The position numbers and the translations under genes were made by a program. Source: Spirogloea muscicola (taxonomy: Eukaryota). Taken from it: 64,000 bases of DNA. Positions 49,553-63,585 of this stretch are shown piece after piece (position 1 is the stretch's first letter; each line of letters starts with the position of its first letter). The notes below the pieces were generated by a model, which did not search any database, was not told where the DNA came from, and saw nothing but the letters and a program-made list of their open reading frames with translations. The stretch spans positions 404,687 through 468,686 of the forward strand of contig WELB01000006.1 of NCBI GenBank assembly GCA_009602725.1, given 5' to 3'.

Positions 49553-52500
49553 CTAGACACGCACCGTGGAGAGCATGGCAGCCAGGAGGGCATGAAGAGC
49601 GAGCCAGTAAAATGTCAGGGCCAGGCGGGCTGCGGGGTGGCCCATAAGATAACTGCCAGCCGACAGGCTGCGGTAGAGCGCACAGATAATGAGTTTCACA
49701 GGTCAGACAGGCAACCAGCCTTTCAGCATATGCTGTACGGTCTTTGGATGACAAAAGCATTGCAGCTGCAAACTCTATATTGCTCGCAAGGGCTCCTCTG
49801 CCAGGGCAAAGGTGCCCACACTGTGCGTTGGGGCTGCATTGATAACCAGCAATGTCAAAGCGGCACGCTCAACGAGTTGCCTAGTCACAGATAACTCGCT
49901 ATTGTTGCTTACCAGAGTTTGTCTATGCCGTTCACGGACGGCCGCAAGAAGCCAGGCAGGTGTTGGAACTTCATATGCACCAATTTGAAACCACGAACTG
50001 CACCACGGTGGTGATCGTGTCAACCTTTTGGCAAAGCGGGATCTCCACTTCAAGTGCATGCAGGAGTCAGGAGTACCAGCATACAATGGTCATAAGCTGG
50101 GGTCCACGACCCAGCACTCTTCTCACAGTTTGTGCCACACCTTCATCCTCGTCATCCTCAGATCGTAGTGACGCTTGTGCAGCTTCAATATCATAGGACA
50201 ACAATGACGGGGACTTCCGCAAGATAGGTGGAGAAGGGATGGCAGGTGCAGGAGCCCTCCTCGAGTCCTTCCTTCTCTGCTGGCCAGGAATGCACCGCAA
50301 CATCTGTGATCAGTGGGTGGTAGCATCTGATAGTCACACTGACTGTGAGACACGATCTGCAGCAGGTATACATCGTCCTCCTGGCTAGTCGTAACCAATT
50401 GATCTTCCAACAAACAAGTGGCAATTTAGTACTTCAGATCGCACTAACACCGCACGAACATAGAGACATCTCACCATGTCTTCCATCTCGCGTGATGTGG
50501 CCTCGGACTTCCTCTCCGCTGCACCCTGCAGCAGGGCAGCACTGTTCCCGTCCACAGTCTCCTTAAGGATCTGCGCTTGCTCCAGAGCAACCTGCAGCTT
50601 CTGCCGTACTTCTGCAACCTCCAGCTGTCGCTCCTCAGTCAGCGCACGCCAGCTCTCCGCTTCTCTCAGCACGGCCTCCATCTCCTTACGCAGCTCCTCT
50701 GACTCCTCTTCCTGACTCTGCGTCCCCAAAATGAAAATTGCTCAAGCGAAGCTCAATAAGAAGGTAATGACATGACAACTTTGGTCTATTGCAGGGGGCA
50801 GGCTGATGACCTCCTGCAACACGGACCTGGGTTAGTGAAATAGCAATTTGAGCAGTGCCGTTGATTCTAGTAGAAGCCATGCGCACCTGTGCAGTAGACC
50901 GCCACCTCTCCACCTCCACCAGCAAGTCATGCACTTGATGCTGTGGCTCGTCTGCACCGCCCGTGGCCTCCCTGGCCTCCCCCCGGGCCGTGTGAAGTTC
51001 TTGCCAGCTCCTGCTGGCTTCCCCTTCCCTCTCAACGGCCCTGCCCACCATGTCCGACTCCTTCGCAGGCACTGCCTCCGTTGCCGTATTGCTTGCTGGC
51101 AGGCTCCTGAGCTCCAACTCCAAGGCCTGGACACGAGCGTGGAGAGCGGTATTCTCCTCCTGCAGGCTCTCGGCAATGGCTGCCGCCTCCTCAGACTGCC
51201 TCCGCATCGCCTCGACCTTGCTGTTTGCTGCATCAAGCATCTCGATTGCTCTGACACTCTGAGACGTCGCCTGGACGACTGACTGGTCCTTCTCCTGCAG
51301 GGCTACCCGAAGAGACGACATGCTGGCATGAAGCTCGTCCCTGCCACGCTCCACCTCTGCCAGCGCCGCAGACCTGTCTCGAAGATCTGCAGCAGCGAAG
51401 CCAGCAAGATGGGAATTTGACTTGCAGTCCAGCTTTCACTTTTAGTCCAGCTTGAATCAGTCTTGCAAAAACTTGCTCACAAGATCAGCAGCTTTAGGAG
51501 CAGCATGGAAGGACCAAAAGTTGAAGCTAGTGCTTCAATGTCATAGCTAGCATCGAATAGAGGTTACGTGTGTATGACCTGCATCCTTGGCGAGCATGAC
51601 TTTCTTCAGAGCTGCCAACTCCTCCTCCAGCGCCCTCCGCCGCTGATGCTCCACCTTGCCGCTCTCAGCAGCTTCAGCCAGTTCCTTGGCCTCGGCATCC
51701 CGGACAGCCAGCTCCTCTTCCAGCACCGCCGCCCGCGCTGCCAGCACCTCAATCCTCAGGCGGGCATTATCCCGCTCCTGGCCTGCCTGCTCCAGTGACT
51801 TACCACGTGCTGCCAGCTGCTCGGCGTCAGTCCTGCTCCTCCCCAGCTCCGCTGCAGCCTCTTCACTGTCTCTTGAGAGGGCGTCGACCTGATCCTGCAG
51901 TAACTGCAGCTCGTGCAACTGCTGCACTTCCGTACTTCGGAGCACCGTGAGCTCCTGCTCCTTCTCAGCAACCACCGCCGCCAGCTCTGCAGCAGCATCC
52001 TGTCGCAGGCCCTCCAAAGCAAGCTCTGTCTCCTTCACAGCTCTCTCTGTCGCCTCAATCACTGCCGCGGCGACGCTTGCCAACCTTTGCTGCTGAAATG
52101 CGGCAGTGGCAGCTTCAAGCTCCTGCTGCAACTTTTGGATCTCCAGAGTCTTCTGTGCCTCGTTTGCAGACACCTCAGTGCTGCTTGCCGCCCTCAAATC
52201 TGCAAGCTCTTTCTGGGTTGACTTCAGAGCCGCCTTGTGCTGCTCAAGCTCAGGAATGTGCACATTGACTTTTGCCTGGGCAGCCTGGAGGGTCGCCTGC
52301 AATGTAGCAACTTGTTCTTCGGCAGCCTTCCTTAGGCCCTCCTCGCGGATGCAGAGCTGCTTCACTTGCTGCAGCTCGGACCGCCAGGCCTGGGCCTTGG
52401 TGGACAGATCCTCCAGCAACAAAGTCGTTTCTTTGAGCTGCGCCTCAACGACCTCCACCTGCTCTGCAAGAGCGTCCCTCTCGGTAGCGACGCGCACCAT

Positions 52501-55500
52501 GCTAGTCTCATGCTGTGATGCATCTGTGTGAAGCTGCCGCAATTCTGAGTCCTTTGCCTCGATCAGCGCTTGGAGCTCTAGAGCCGCTGCCTGTAGTTGC
52601 TCGGCCTTGCCGAGCACTGCGGCAGCCGCCTTCTCCGCCCGCAAGGACTCTTCTGCCTCTGAAAGCTGTTCCCCAATACTCTCCAGCTCTGCACGCATAG
52701 CCGCATGCTCGGCTGACAGCTCAGCCACGCGACGGCGGTCACTCTCCGCCTCTTTCGCGGAGTCCGCAAGCATCTCCTTCGCTTTTGCGAGTTGACCCAG
52801 CGCGGAACCCATGCGGGCCTTGTCATCAGCGCAAGCAAGCTCTGCGCGCTCCAGCTCGCCCTGCAGAGATCGGATTTGTGCCCACAAAGCCGCCTCTTGT
52901 GCAGCAGCCTCTGCCTGCACCTGCGCCACTGCTGCCTTGCTTTCCGTGCACTCCCTCTCTCGCTGGCCAAGAGACTCCAGCAGCTGCTCCTCCTTGGCAC
53001 GCCTGTCCTCCAGGGCTTTGGCCAGCTCCAGGCGAGCCTGCTCCACAGTGGCCTTCTCATGCAGCGATGCCGCGAGGGAGTCGTCCCGGTCGCTGACCAC
53101 CACGCTGAGCTCCGCCAGCTTCTCGGACAGGGCGAGCTTCTCACGTTCGGAGGCCTGGAGCACCCTGTCCCGCTCAGCCAGGTCCTTCTCCAGCTTCGCC
53201 TTGGCAGCCTCGATGCCCTTGCCCTTCTTCACCGCCTTCTGCAGCTTCTCCCGCAGCACCGCCGCCTGCTCCTGGACCTTAAGGATCTCCACCCCCGCCT
53301 CCGCCAGCTTGCTTTCGCAATCACTATTGGCCCCGTCACGCAGTGCAGCCACATCCTCTTTCGCCTTCTCCAGCAACTGCCTCAGGTTGGCGTTCAGCAG
53401 CTCCACATGCTTGTGGGATGCCTTCGTGTTCTCAAGCTCGTCAGCGGCTGCCTTGGCACCATTGATGGCAGCAGACAGCTTGCTCTTCAGCAGCGCAATG
53501 GACTCGTCTCTTTCTTCCACAGCACATGATTGAGTCTCCCTCAAAGCTTCCAGCTCGTTGTCACGCGAGGCCACAAGCCGCTTCAGCCCTTCTGCTTCTT
53601 GGTGTAGGGAGGTAGAAGCGGCCTGCAGCATCCAGGAGCACAAGCTCATGAGAGTGACCAGCACCTAGGCTGTACAGGCTGTCAGTAGCTGCTAAAGAGG
53701 TCACTCGATTGTGGAGTGCTCAAAGCTCCCTGACTACTGCCCCCTCGTCTGCTCCATAGACACCCAGGCGACAACTCTTGTGGGCCTGTAGAGTGGGCCT
53801 GTAGAGAGGGCTTGATAAGTGCACAGAACACATACTACCAAACCCTTGCACTGCTTAATACGTACATCATTTCGTACCTGGGCATTTATCAGCTGCAATG
53901 CCAGTTCCTTGCCGTGCGCCTCAGCAGCGTGCAGCTTCTCAGTGCTGGCCAAAGCCTCCTTCGCAAAACGTTCCTGCATTGTGTTGACAAGCGCCTCCAG
54001 CTCAGTGCATCTACTCTGCAGCTCTGCAGCCGCGGTTGCAAGCAGCTGACTTTCCTCCTGCTCCTGCCTTAGGCTTGCCTCCTTGGCTGCCATGTCGTGA
54101 GAGAGCTGCTCCTCCAGCGCTACAAACTCCTCGTCCTTGTTGCGCAGGCTCTCCTGCAACTCATGTACGTGTGTGACTGACATCTCCAGCTCCGCCTGCG
54201 CAGCGGATGCAGCCTCCCCCTGACCAAGCAGGGCCTTGAGTTCCTGGTCGCGCAATGCCAGGAGCCGTCCCAGCTCCGCCGCCTCCTGCTGCAGAAGGGC
54301 GTGCTTGTCCTGCATGTAACAATGAGGAACCACATATGAGCCTAAAAGATGATGTACCAGATGAGAGCTGCTTTTGACCATATGTACGTGGAACTCGACT
54401 TCAACTCCACAACATGGACCCTTGCACTGCAGATTATTTATTTAGGGGCCTTAGCCCCCCCACTATGACAACATTATTGCAGCCTCCAAATGCCTAGTCT
54501 CCAGTCCACTCTACATGGAGGGGCAGCGGATCATATGGCCACTGATCGTGTGTACATGGACATACACCTTATCAACATTGCAACTTGAGGACCTGCACTG
54601 CACTCACATGGGCACGGCTGCCATACCTGGACATTGCCTAGCTGTGCTGTCAGATACTCAACGTGCTCTTTGGAGCTCTGCAGCAGTCTGGAGCTCGCGC
54701 TTGCCTCCTTGCCTTGCTCCTCTTGCACCGAGCGAAGAAGGGCCTCCAGCTCTGTACACTTGCTCTGCAGCTCTGTGATCTCACCCGTGAGCCGCCGGCT
54801 CTTTGTCTGCTCATGCTTCAGGCTCGCCTCCTTGGCCGCCACATCCTGAGACAGCTGCTCCTCCATCGTACTGAAATCCTCCTCCCTGCTTTGCAGACTT
54901 TCTTGCAGCTCCCGCACGCGAGCGTGGAGGCTCTTGAGCTCCAGTTGTGCCACATGTGTGGCTTCGCCCTGGCCGCCGAGCTGAGCTGTTAGGTCCTTGA
55001 GCTCGTCTGTGCGCAAGGCCAGGAGCTGGCGCAGCTCCTCCGTTTTTCTCTGCAGGAGGGCGTGTTTGTATGTGAGACTACAACTGCTGAGAAGTTGGAC
55101 GGCAATAGGCTACATACAGGTGCATAGAGGACCCTGTAACCGAGAGTGCCAACAAGTGCGTGACAACTGGTACAGATCGGAGCCCCTCTAGCACGCAACA
55201 TGTGGACCCAGCAATCGCAAACGGACGGGCTATGCTGCACTCGAACCACCTCGGCATGTACTCTCACTTCTCATCTTAGGTTCCTTGTCTACACCGGACT
55301 GATCATGATCCTCATCTTGGAGCAGCTGCCGCCACTTGAATGAGCAACGGATTCACGAATCATGATCAAACACTCATTAGCAGGAGCATGGCTTGTAGTA
55401 CCTGGGTGATCCCAAGCTGCTCCGTCAGATCCTCAACCTGGCACTTGGCTTGTTGCAGCATCTCGGCAGTCGTGCTTGCCTCCTTGCTTTGCTGCTCGTG

Positions 55501-58500
55501 CTCCAGGACAAGGGAGCCCTCCAACGCCCTGCACTGGCTCTGCAGCTCTGCAACCACGTCTGCAAGCCGTAAGCGCTCCTCTTGCTCCTGCTTCAGGCTT
55601 GCCTCCTTGGCCGCCACTTCCATGGAGAGCTGCTCCTCCAGCGCAACAAATTCCTCGTCCTTGTTGTGCAGGCTTTGTTGCAGCTCATCTAGGCAGCCAC
55701 TGAGGCGCTCCAGCTCCATCTGCGCCGCATGTGTGGCTTTGTCCTGACTTTCGAGCTGAGCCTTTAGTGAAATGAGGTCGTCGTCCCGCAGGGCCAAGAG
55801 CCGGTTCAGCTGGTCTGATTCACCCTGCAAAGAGTCCCACTGTCATAGAGTAAGAAGGCATGACTGTTAGTAGCCCCTACTACTACACTGGCATGTCACT
55901 CTGAACATCAGTGTAGACTTGTGCCAGTTACTGCTAGTAAGCTCGAGCTCATTCTCAGATTTGTGCTTCACAGGGCTCCCTAATCAGAGGTACATGCAGG
56001 TGCACTAGGTACACTTGCGACTTGCACTTGACTGGCACGAGAGCTTTACCTGGACATCAACAAGCTGCAATGTCAGCTCTTCAACACGTCTGTTGGCGCA
56101 CTGCAGCATGTTGCCGGTAGTGCTCGCCTCCTTGCTTTGCTGCTCCCGCTCTGCGCGGAGGACGGCTTCCAGCTCTGTGCACCGACTCTGCAGCTCCACG
56201 GCTGCAGCCGCAAGCTCCTCGCGCTCCTCACGCTCCTCACGCTCCTGCACCAAGCTAGCCTCAGCAGCGGCCACGTCCCTTGCCAACTGCTCCTTCAGCT
56301 CCTGCACGAGCCTGTGATGTGCGTCCAGCTCCGCCTGCGCCGCCTGCATGGCATCACCCTGGCTGCCAAGCTCCGCTGCCAGGGCCTCCAGCGCACTCTC
56401 TCGTGCAGCCAGCATCTTCGTGAGCACACCGACAGAGGCCTCAGCCTGCCGCAGCTCTTCGAGCCGACCGTCAAGGTCCTCCGCCAGCCTGCTGCAATCT
56501 GCCAGCGCCCGTTCCTCGGCCTTGGTCGCCTGTGCTTTTGCTTCGCTCAGGGCGTCTCGCTCAGATGTAAGCTCCATCAAGGAGGCTCTGCAAATCTCCG
56601 CCTCAGCAATGGCCAGCTCCTGAGCACTCCGTGCTACTTGCGCAGCCTCCGTCAGCGAGGCAACTTCTGATGACCTCCGCTCAAGGGCCTCGGCGAACTC
56701 CCCTGCCTGCGCAAGTGCGGCGTCTTTTGCTGCCACCTCTGCCTGCAGGCGCCCGCCCTCTTTGACGCGGGCCTGCCGCAGAGCCGAGAGCTCGGCGGCC
56801 AGGTCTGACAGCGCCTGCCGGAGGCGCTCAGCCTCTACCAAAGCGTTCCCCTTGGCCTCCACCTCTGCCAGCTCTCCGTCGCGCAGGCCATTGGCCAAAA
56901 CTGCTGCCTCAGCGAGCTCATCATCCGCTGTGCTCTTGGACAGCACAACATGCAAGCCATCGGCCTCAGCAGCCACCCAGTCTTTGGCCTCGGCCTCTGC
57001 CCGCAGACTTCCTGCCAAGCTCGCCGCCTTGGCTGCGGCGTCTGCCACAGCCGCCCTCAAGAACTCCATCTCAGTCAGCCCCTTGGCCTTTGCTGCCGCT
57101 GCACCCGCCGCCATTCTCGTAGCCTCCTCCTGAAGCTCTGTCAGCTCGCGCTCACGCACAGACAGCGAGTTCCTCAGGCTTTCAGCCTCTGTGCTTGCTG
57201 CATCTGCCCTGTCTATGGCAGACTGCTCCGATTGGGCGATGCTCTCACAACGCTCTTGCAAGCTGGCCACCTCCAACCGGAGCACCTCTGCTTCTGCAAG
57301 GGCCTGCTTCGCTATGTCACCCGCCTCCGCTTGTCCACTGCTGGCAACCTCCTTGAGCCGCGCAAACTCGGCTGCCATGTCCGATAACGCCTCCCGAAGG
57401 CCCTCAACTTCCAACATCGCAGCCTCTTTTGCTTCAATCTCAGAGCTGCTCGCCTGAGTCAAGGCATTTGATGCTGCCCGCAACTCAGTAAGCTCTTTGT
57501 GCACATCCTCACTGGCGAGCACCGCCTGAGCCAAGCCCACATGGACCTCAGCAAGCTCGGCCTCTTTTGAGCTCAACGAGGCCCTCAATGCAAGGCACTC
57601 GGCACCGCTCGCCTCTGTGGCTGCAGTCGCGTCAAGCTTGGCCTGTAGAGCCACGTCAAGCTCGCCTCTGACCACCAATAGCTCTTTGCAGACGTCCTCC
57701 ATCTTCGCCAGGGCCTGCTCCTTGGCCAGCGCCTCAGCCTGCGTCGCAGCGCAAAGCGCAGCGGCCTCGGCCAACTGATTGTCCAACGTGGCCTGCAAGG
57801 ACGCCGCCACTTTGAGAGCCTCGTCCCTGGCCACGGCAAGGTGCTCCGCCTCCGCTGTCCTCTCAGCCAGAGCCTCCTTGAGCGCCTCACGTTGCGCCAC
57901 AACCTCTTTGCCCTTGCGCAGCGCCATGCCCAGCTTTTCTCGTATCCCCGCCTGCTCGGCCTCCCCCTCCTGTAGCGCATCGGCACGCGCCCTGAGATCT
58001 GCAACTTGTTGCAATGCAGCTACCAGCCCCTCGTTGAGTGCCTTCGCTTCGGCTGCAAGGCGCTCATTACTCGCTGCCAATGCCGCCGCCTCATCCGTGC
58101 GCTCCGCCAGCGCACGCTTGAGCGCTGCGCGGCTCTCCACAAGGTCCCGGCCCTTCCGCAGCGCCATGGCTAGCTTCTCTCGCGCCGCCGCCGAGCGCGC
58201 CTCCAATGCCACGGCCTCAGCATGCAGCATCTCCACCTCGGTGTCCCGCGCTGCAACGACTGCCACCAGCTCCGCATTGCGTCGAACAAGTGCGTCCGTT
58301 TCGCCCTCCTTGCCGGCCACATACGCCTGCAGGCGCGCAACCTCCTCAGCAAGTGGATCGAGCTCCTTACGCATCCGCTGCCGGCCCTGATCGGCCTCCT
58401 TCTTGACCGCCACAAGAGCCTGGTCCTTAGCCACCAGGGCCCGGCGAAGGTCCAGAAGCTCTATCTCCAGCCGGCCCAGTGTACCTCGGCCATGGGCAAC

Positions 58501-60439
58501 GGCGTCGCCCGAGCCGCCACTACCCATGCTCTGCAAATTGCCAACAACGGCTTGATACTGCTGCCGCATGGCATCCGCTTCATCCTGCAGCTGCCGGCCC
58601 GCCTGCTCCCGCTCCTCCAGCGCCTCTGTCTTAGCTGCCAGCTCTGCCCGGATGCGAGCTTTCTCTGCCTCCATCTCACTCCACCGCTGCGTTGCCGCCT
58701 CCATCTGCCGCTTGAGCTCGCCCATGGCGGCCTGCGTCTCCTTACGCTCCACCTCCCATGCCATCCTTAACTGCAAGAAGGGCACAGGCAGGCAGGATGG
58801 CGACAGCCTTGAGACATCCAAAAGTGGGGCAAGATCGTCTGCAATTTGGCCATCCAGCTGCGGCGCTTTGAGGCCCCCGCCGCCGGCCGCCAGCTGCTGG
58901 ACGACTGCTTAGCGCTAGCAGCGTCAGACTGCCCATTTGTGGAGGTACAAAGGCCACAATGGGGGGCCTTTTACCTGAGCAACGCTTTCCTCCTCGGGTG
59001 ACTTGCCAGCGAAGCCAATTGCCCTGGCAAGCCGCAGTGAGAACGATGACCCAGTGGAGGCCGTGCGGTAGGGGGGCGGGCTGGCGCCCGTGGGGGTGCC
59101 AATCGGGCTGAAGAAGTCGTCAGCGTCGTCTTCGTCGCCACCACCGTCTACGTCCCACGCTGTCGATGACGATCGCATGGCAGTTGCAACATATACAGGA
59201 GGGCCGTGTTCTTTGGGCAGCAGCAGCCCGTCAACCGGGCTGCCAGCTACCTCCGTCAGTACACCGGCTTCAGGCTCGGACATGAAGCCCCCTCCATTAG
59301 GGACTAGCATGGGGGACTTGGCGACCTCAAAGTCCAGCTCAAGAGCAGAGGGTCTCATTTGCAAATCTTCTCCAGCATCTGCAGGCTTGGATTTGGACTC
59401 TGGCTGCAAATCATCAACACTGCCGTCAAGATGCTGCTCATCTGGAGGATGCAAGGGTCCATCTGTTGGCGGCAGATTCGGACGACCCTCTTCACCCGCC
59501 GCCTCCTGCTGCATGTGTGACAGCGGCGGGCTCAACGGGACTGCTTGATTGCCGACTGACACGAGCAGCTTGCCTTCCCCTGCGCCAGACTGCTGCGGCA
59601 TCTCGGGCTGCTGCTCAGGTGCATCGAGCGAGACCCCCTCCGCAGCGGATCCGTTAGAAGAAGCAGAACTGGCAGCCGGCTCCTCGCAATTGGCCACTCG
59701 CTGGTGTGCCTCGATCGCAACCTCGTCGGCAGCAGTGCCATCCAAGGCCGGAGCGCCAGCTCCAGCCTGTGCTTTAAGGACCTGCTGCTCGGCCGCCTCC
59801 TCGGTGGGCGCTGCTTGCAGCAATCCGTCCAGGCTCCGGCTCGTCACAGCAGCCTCTTTATCAGCAGTCAATGCTGCCTTGCCACTGACAGGCAAGTCAT
59901 CTAATGGCGGCACACTGAGGGCGGCGACGTCCAGGCCCACAGATTGCAGTCCATTGCCGGCCGCCACCTCCTGGGGTGCCGCCGCTGGCTCCTCCTCAGG
60001 AGGTGCAGCAGAGGCCCCGACGGCGCCAGGCACCGGCTCCTCCTCGGCTGCGGCGGCGGCCACGGCCTTGGGCGGCGCCGCGTCGTCCTGGCCGCCGGCT
60101 CGGGCGGAGGAGCCCGCCTTCTTCTTCCGGAAGGCCTCGAGCTGGACAACCGAGGCACGCCGCAGGAAGCAGCACCGAGCGTGCATTAGGTGTCGCTCAC
60201 AGTCGGCGCCGGATCGCCGGCGCAGGCGCAGCCAACGCAGGAGCTCAGCTGGCTCACGAGCGCTCAGCCAGCAGCGGCGCGCGACACGACGCCCGGCTCT
60301 CGCGGCGCCGTCGGCGGCCGCAGTTGGCGCCGGTACCGGCTCGGGGCTGGCCTGAGATTGCCAGTCCCGGAGACGCCCGGAGGCGGCAGCTCACCCGCTT
60401 CTTGCCGGCCGCTCGCAGGTCCTCCTTGCCCTTGGTCAT
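49553..60439 (-). CDS. Very long coiled-coil, tail-anchored golgin/tether, TNO1 (TGN SYP41-interacting)-family-like, multi-exon
   Basis: N-terminus MTKGKEDLRAAGKKR|LEAFRKKK (ATG 60439). Three REKL..A..KGK/R motifs. Long Ala/Glu/Leu heptad exons (56005-58821, 51547-53664). C-terminus EDDEDE|VRGFK...PGFLRPSVNGIDKLC|LSAGSYLMGHPAARLALTFYWLALHALLAAM has the golgin TM Tyr/His signature. TAG at 49553-49555. Confidence 0.8.
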
Positions 60440-62556
60440 CGCGCTCCGTGCGCCGTCCGCGCCGTGGCCGCCGGCGCGCACGGTGGCGCCGGCGCCGGCG
60501 GCGCGGCAGTCGGCGCTGTCGCCGTTGGCTTCGTCTGGCGAAGTTACGGCGGCCGGCCGGCAGGCGGGTAACGGGGGGGGCCCAGTCACCGGCCGTCACA
60601 CGCCGCGGCACGGTCGACCGTGACTCCGCAGCCGGCTAACCTGACCTGAAGTGTGCGGTTACTGTCCGCAAAAGATTTGACAAGGTCCGAAGGGGGCCGA
60701 GAAGCTGGACGAGCTGAATGTCTTGAATGAGCTTACTCTCTGTTTCTTTCCGATGGGTCCAGGGCAAAGCCAGCCCAGACTCGGGTGACCGTGGTTAGCC
60801 CGCCCAACGAGCCTGCTCCCCTTTCCCCTTCCGTACTCCGCCGCCGCCCCCCGCCGCTCGCCAGTCGCGTCCGGCCTGCGCTCCTGCGGCGCGGCGCCGT
60901 TGCCGCCGCCGCGGTGACCGCCCTCGAGCTCGTTCGCCCGCGCGCCAAGGCGAAGTCGGAGTGGGACAACGAGCGTGCCAGCGGCGGCGCGGGGTTTGTC
61001 GAGGGCCCGACGACGGCGCCGCCGCGTCCGGGGNTGGCGGGCCAGGCCGCGCTGCCGCGCCTCCTGCGCCTCGCCCGCCGGCGCCTGGTGGGGGCCCACC
61101 CTTCCGGCGGCCATGGATGTCGCGCAGCGCCTCCACTTACTCCCCGGCTTGAGGGTCACTGACACGACCCAGCTTCCCCCTTCTCTGCTTGCGCACGTCA
61201 TCCTGAGCTCCCGCCTTCCGTGCAGAAGCCGCGGCGGTGCAAGGAGTGCCTGGGTGTTGGCAACAATGTATCCTTCGCCTGCGACTCTGTGTCTGTTGCA
61301 AGCAGCGCCTGGAACAAGTCGACCTGATACAGCCATGAACAGGACCTGGGCTCCGTAATTAGGCATTTACGTTTACAAATCAAGCCCCGGCTCCTACCTC
61401 GTGCAGCCTGGTGCCTGCCAAGCGGCTGCTTGGAAAAGAGCACAAAATTGCACACACCTCCCCCTCAAGCTGGGTGCTGTCATGCCAAACGGCATGTCAA
61501 ATTCAGTGATGGCAGCGCTTCAGCATGCTCAGTCCTGCCAGGCAGTTTAGTCGTCCTTGACGAGGATTTGTCTCCCCAGTTATGCGTCAGTTGCAAGGGG
61601 CGCGGCAAGGAAGGTGCGCATTTGCCTTGTTCAAAGATTGGCCGCCAGCATGACAGCATTTCCAGAGCTGGTCCCCTGGGGGCAGCCTCTGCCAACTTGC
61701 AGCTGCAATTGCCATGCCACTTCCTCGCTCTGGTGCGGCCCATGTTGACGTATCTATATACCTAACTCCCCCTACCCTCGGGCGCCTCTTACTCGCCTTT
61801 GTGCTCCTGCATTCCATGCAGGCGGCCTGTTCACAGGCACCATGCTGGCCAAGTGCGCTGTGTGCGGGGGTCGCGGGCGGCAGCTCTGCCCCCGCTGCGA
61901 CGGCGCTGGGCTTGAGGACTCGTGGCTTTACCAACCCGTGAAAGACGGCGGCTGGGGCCCCCGAGGGCAGTGAGCAGCTTGCACAGCAGATTTCGATGCT
62001 GCTGAGCGCCGTGAAAGACGGCGCTCAGCTATCTACCACAGCACACATTCTGGCGTCCACAGTTCACCAGCTTTTCCTGGTAGTGCCCGTGCTGCACTCA
62101 CACGTTGCTGGCAAATTGGTTAACAATCAGTTGTCTCTGCAAAGAAGCGGAGGACGCCTTATAATAGGGCCTACACAACAGAAGGAGACGTCATTACTTC
62201 AAGCCCAAGCCGAACATTATCTTGAAGGGTAATGTGTGCAGTACACTATTTCGACACACTGCTTTGACGAAAGCTAGTGCAAATATATGGGCTACGTGTT
62301 TCGAAGTACTATGCTAAGGTGGTTAACGTGACAGTGTAACATTAGTACCCACGGGTGAGCACATACAGATCTAACAGGCTAACTTGGGGAGCCTGAGTAT
62401 AGCCACGGAAGCTGATGGCCTGACTTAAAAGCGCGCCCAGCGCGCTGATGAAGCGCAAGAGCGAAAGCGGCTGCTGATAGTCGGGCGGCTGTGAAGCCGC
62501 CCCTGACCATCCCCGAGTGCATATGGAGTGACAGAAGCAGTTCCTTAGGAGGTGGG

Positions 62557-62710
62557 TGGCTGTGGGCTATGAAGAAGAAAGACTCTTCCAGTGGAGGCCG
62601 ATGGCTGTGACTGGCCAGCCCAGAAAAGAGAAGCAGCTGTTCCATATGTTAGTCAATGACTGGGATACGTCAATCCAAAAGGTATGGACAAGGTTCAGAG
62701 GGGCCAGAAA
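62557..62710 (+). repeat. Further copy of the dispersed modular repeat
   Basis: GAAGAAGAAAGACTCTTCCA...ATGGCTGTGACTGGCCAGCCCAGAAAAG and TGGACAAGGTTCAGAGG match the copies at ~21818-21870 and ~13950-14017. Confidence 0.7.
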
Positions 62711-63585
62711 GCACAAACCACGCAGCTACGCAAAGGGCTCTTCCAATGGGTGCTCAATAACCTCTAGTAATAGCTCAAGTTGGAGTGATCAGCAGAGAAG
62801 AGTCTCCTCGAGAAGAGTCTCCTCACAAAGTTCGAGTGTAGTAGTCAAAGACGAGTGTTGCCACGCTGAAGCCCAGAAGGGACACGTGATGAGCGGCCTG
62901 CCCGCAAATGCACGGCAAATGCCTAGAACTGGAGCGAAATGGGGAAGGAAATAAAACATCGATCGTCTTCCAATGGGAGCATTGGCGGCCATCCCGAACA
63001 ACATCCTGAATACACAAATCCTCGGATTGGCGAGAAACTGCAGTGCCCCGCCATGCACACGGCCGTGCCGACCATGGCCGCCGCGCCGCGCATGACGCTT
63101 CGGCGACCCTCGCCCGCAGCCCGCCATCACCTCCGGCCCTCCCACCTCGGCCTTCCGCCTGCCCGCGGCTGCCTGGCGCTGCCTCAGGCGAGGCGGCCCT
63201 CCCGTCTCCCCGCCGGCCCCTGTTGCAGCTACCGCAGCCTCTCCTTGGAGCTTGCCCGATGTCGTCTCACCGTTCGGCCAGCCGGGGAGCTTCCAGTCAG
63301 ACAGGCAGTCTGGCCATCTATGGAGGAGGAAGATTTGTCGTCGAGTCTGTATGGCATCTGGCAGACGCCTGCCCTTATTGACCTCAGCGAGCCGTTTCTC
63401 AGGCTTCCGCTGTGCTCCTCCTCGCCTCGCCTGCGCAGCAGCTTGAGCCGGCGTGTGGTGGAGTCGAGCCACGTCCCGCGACCAGCAGCTCGGCCGTCAA
63501 GTGCATGCCTCAGAAGGGCATGCTCACCTGGCCGCTTCGCCAACGTCAGACCATCAGGAGGGTCGAGTAGCTCGTCGAGGGCAGC

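Noticed and set aside
50800..60400. Many long plus-strand ORFs (e.g. 52792-53529, 57779-58390, 59549-60355)
   Set aside because: These are antisense shadows of the GC-rich coiled-coil exons, with Ser/Ala/Leu-biased translations and no motifs.
60785..61360. Possible RRM-like or other CDS (ELVRPRAKAKSEWDNERASGGAGFVE)
   Set aside because: There is no valid ATG or splice structure, the resemblance is too weak, and the GC-rich upstream region of the golgin explains the open frames.
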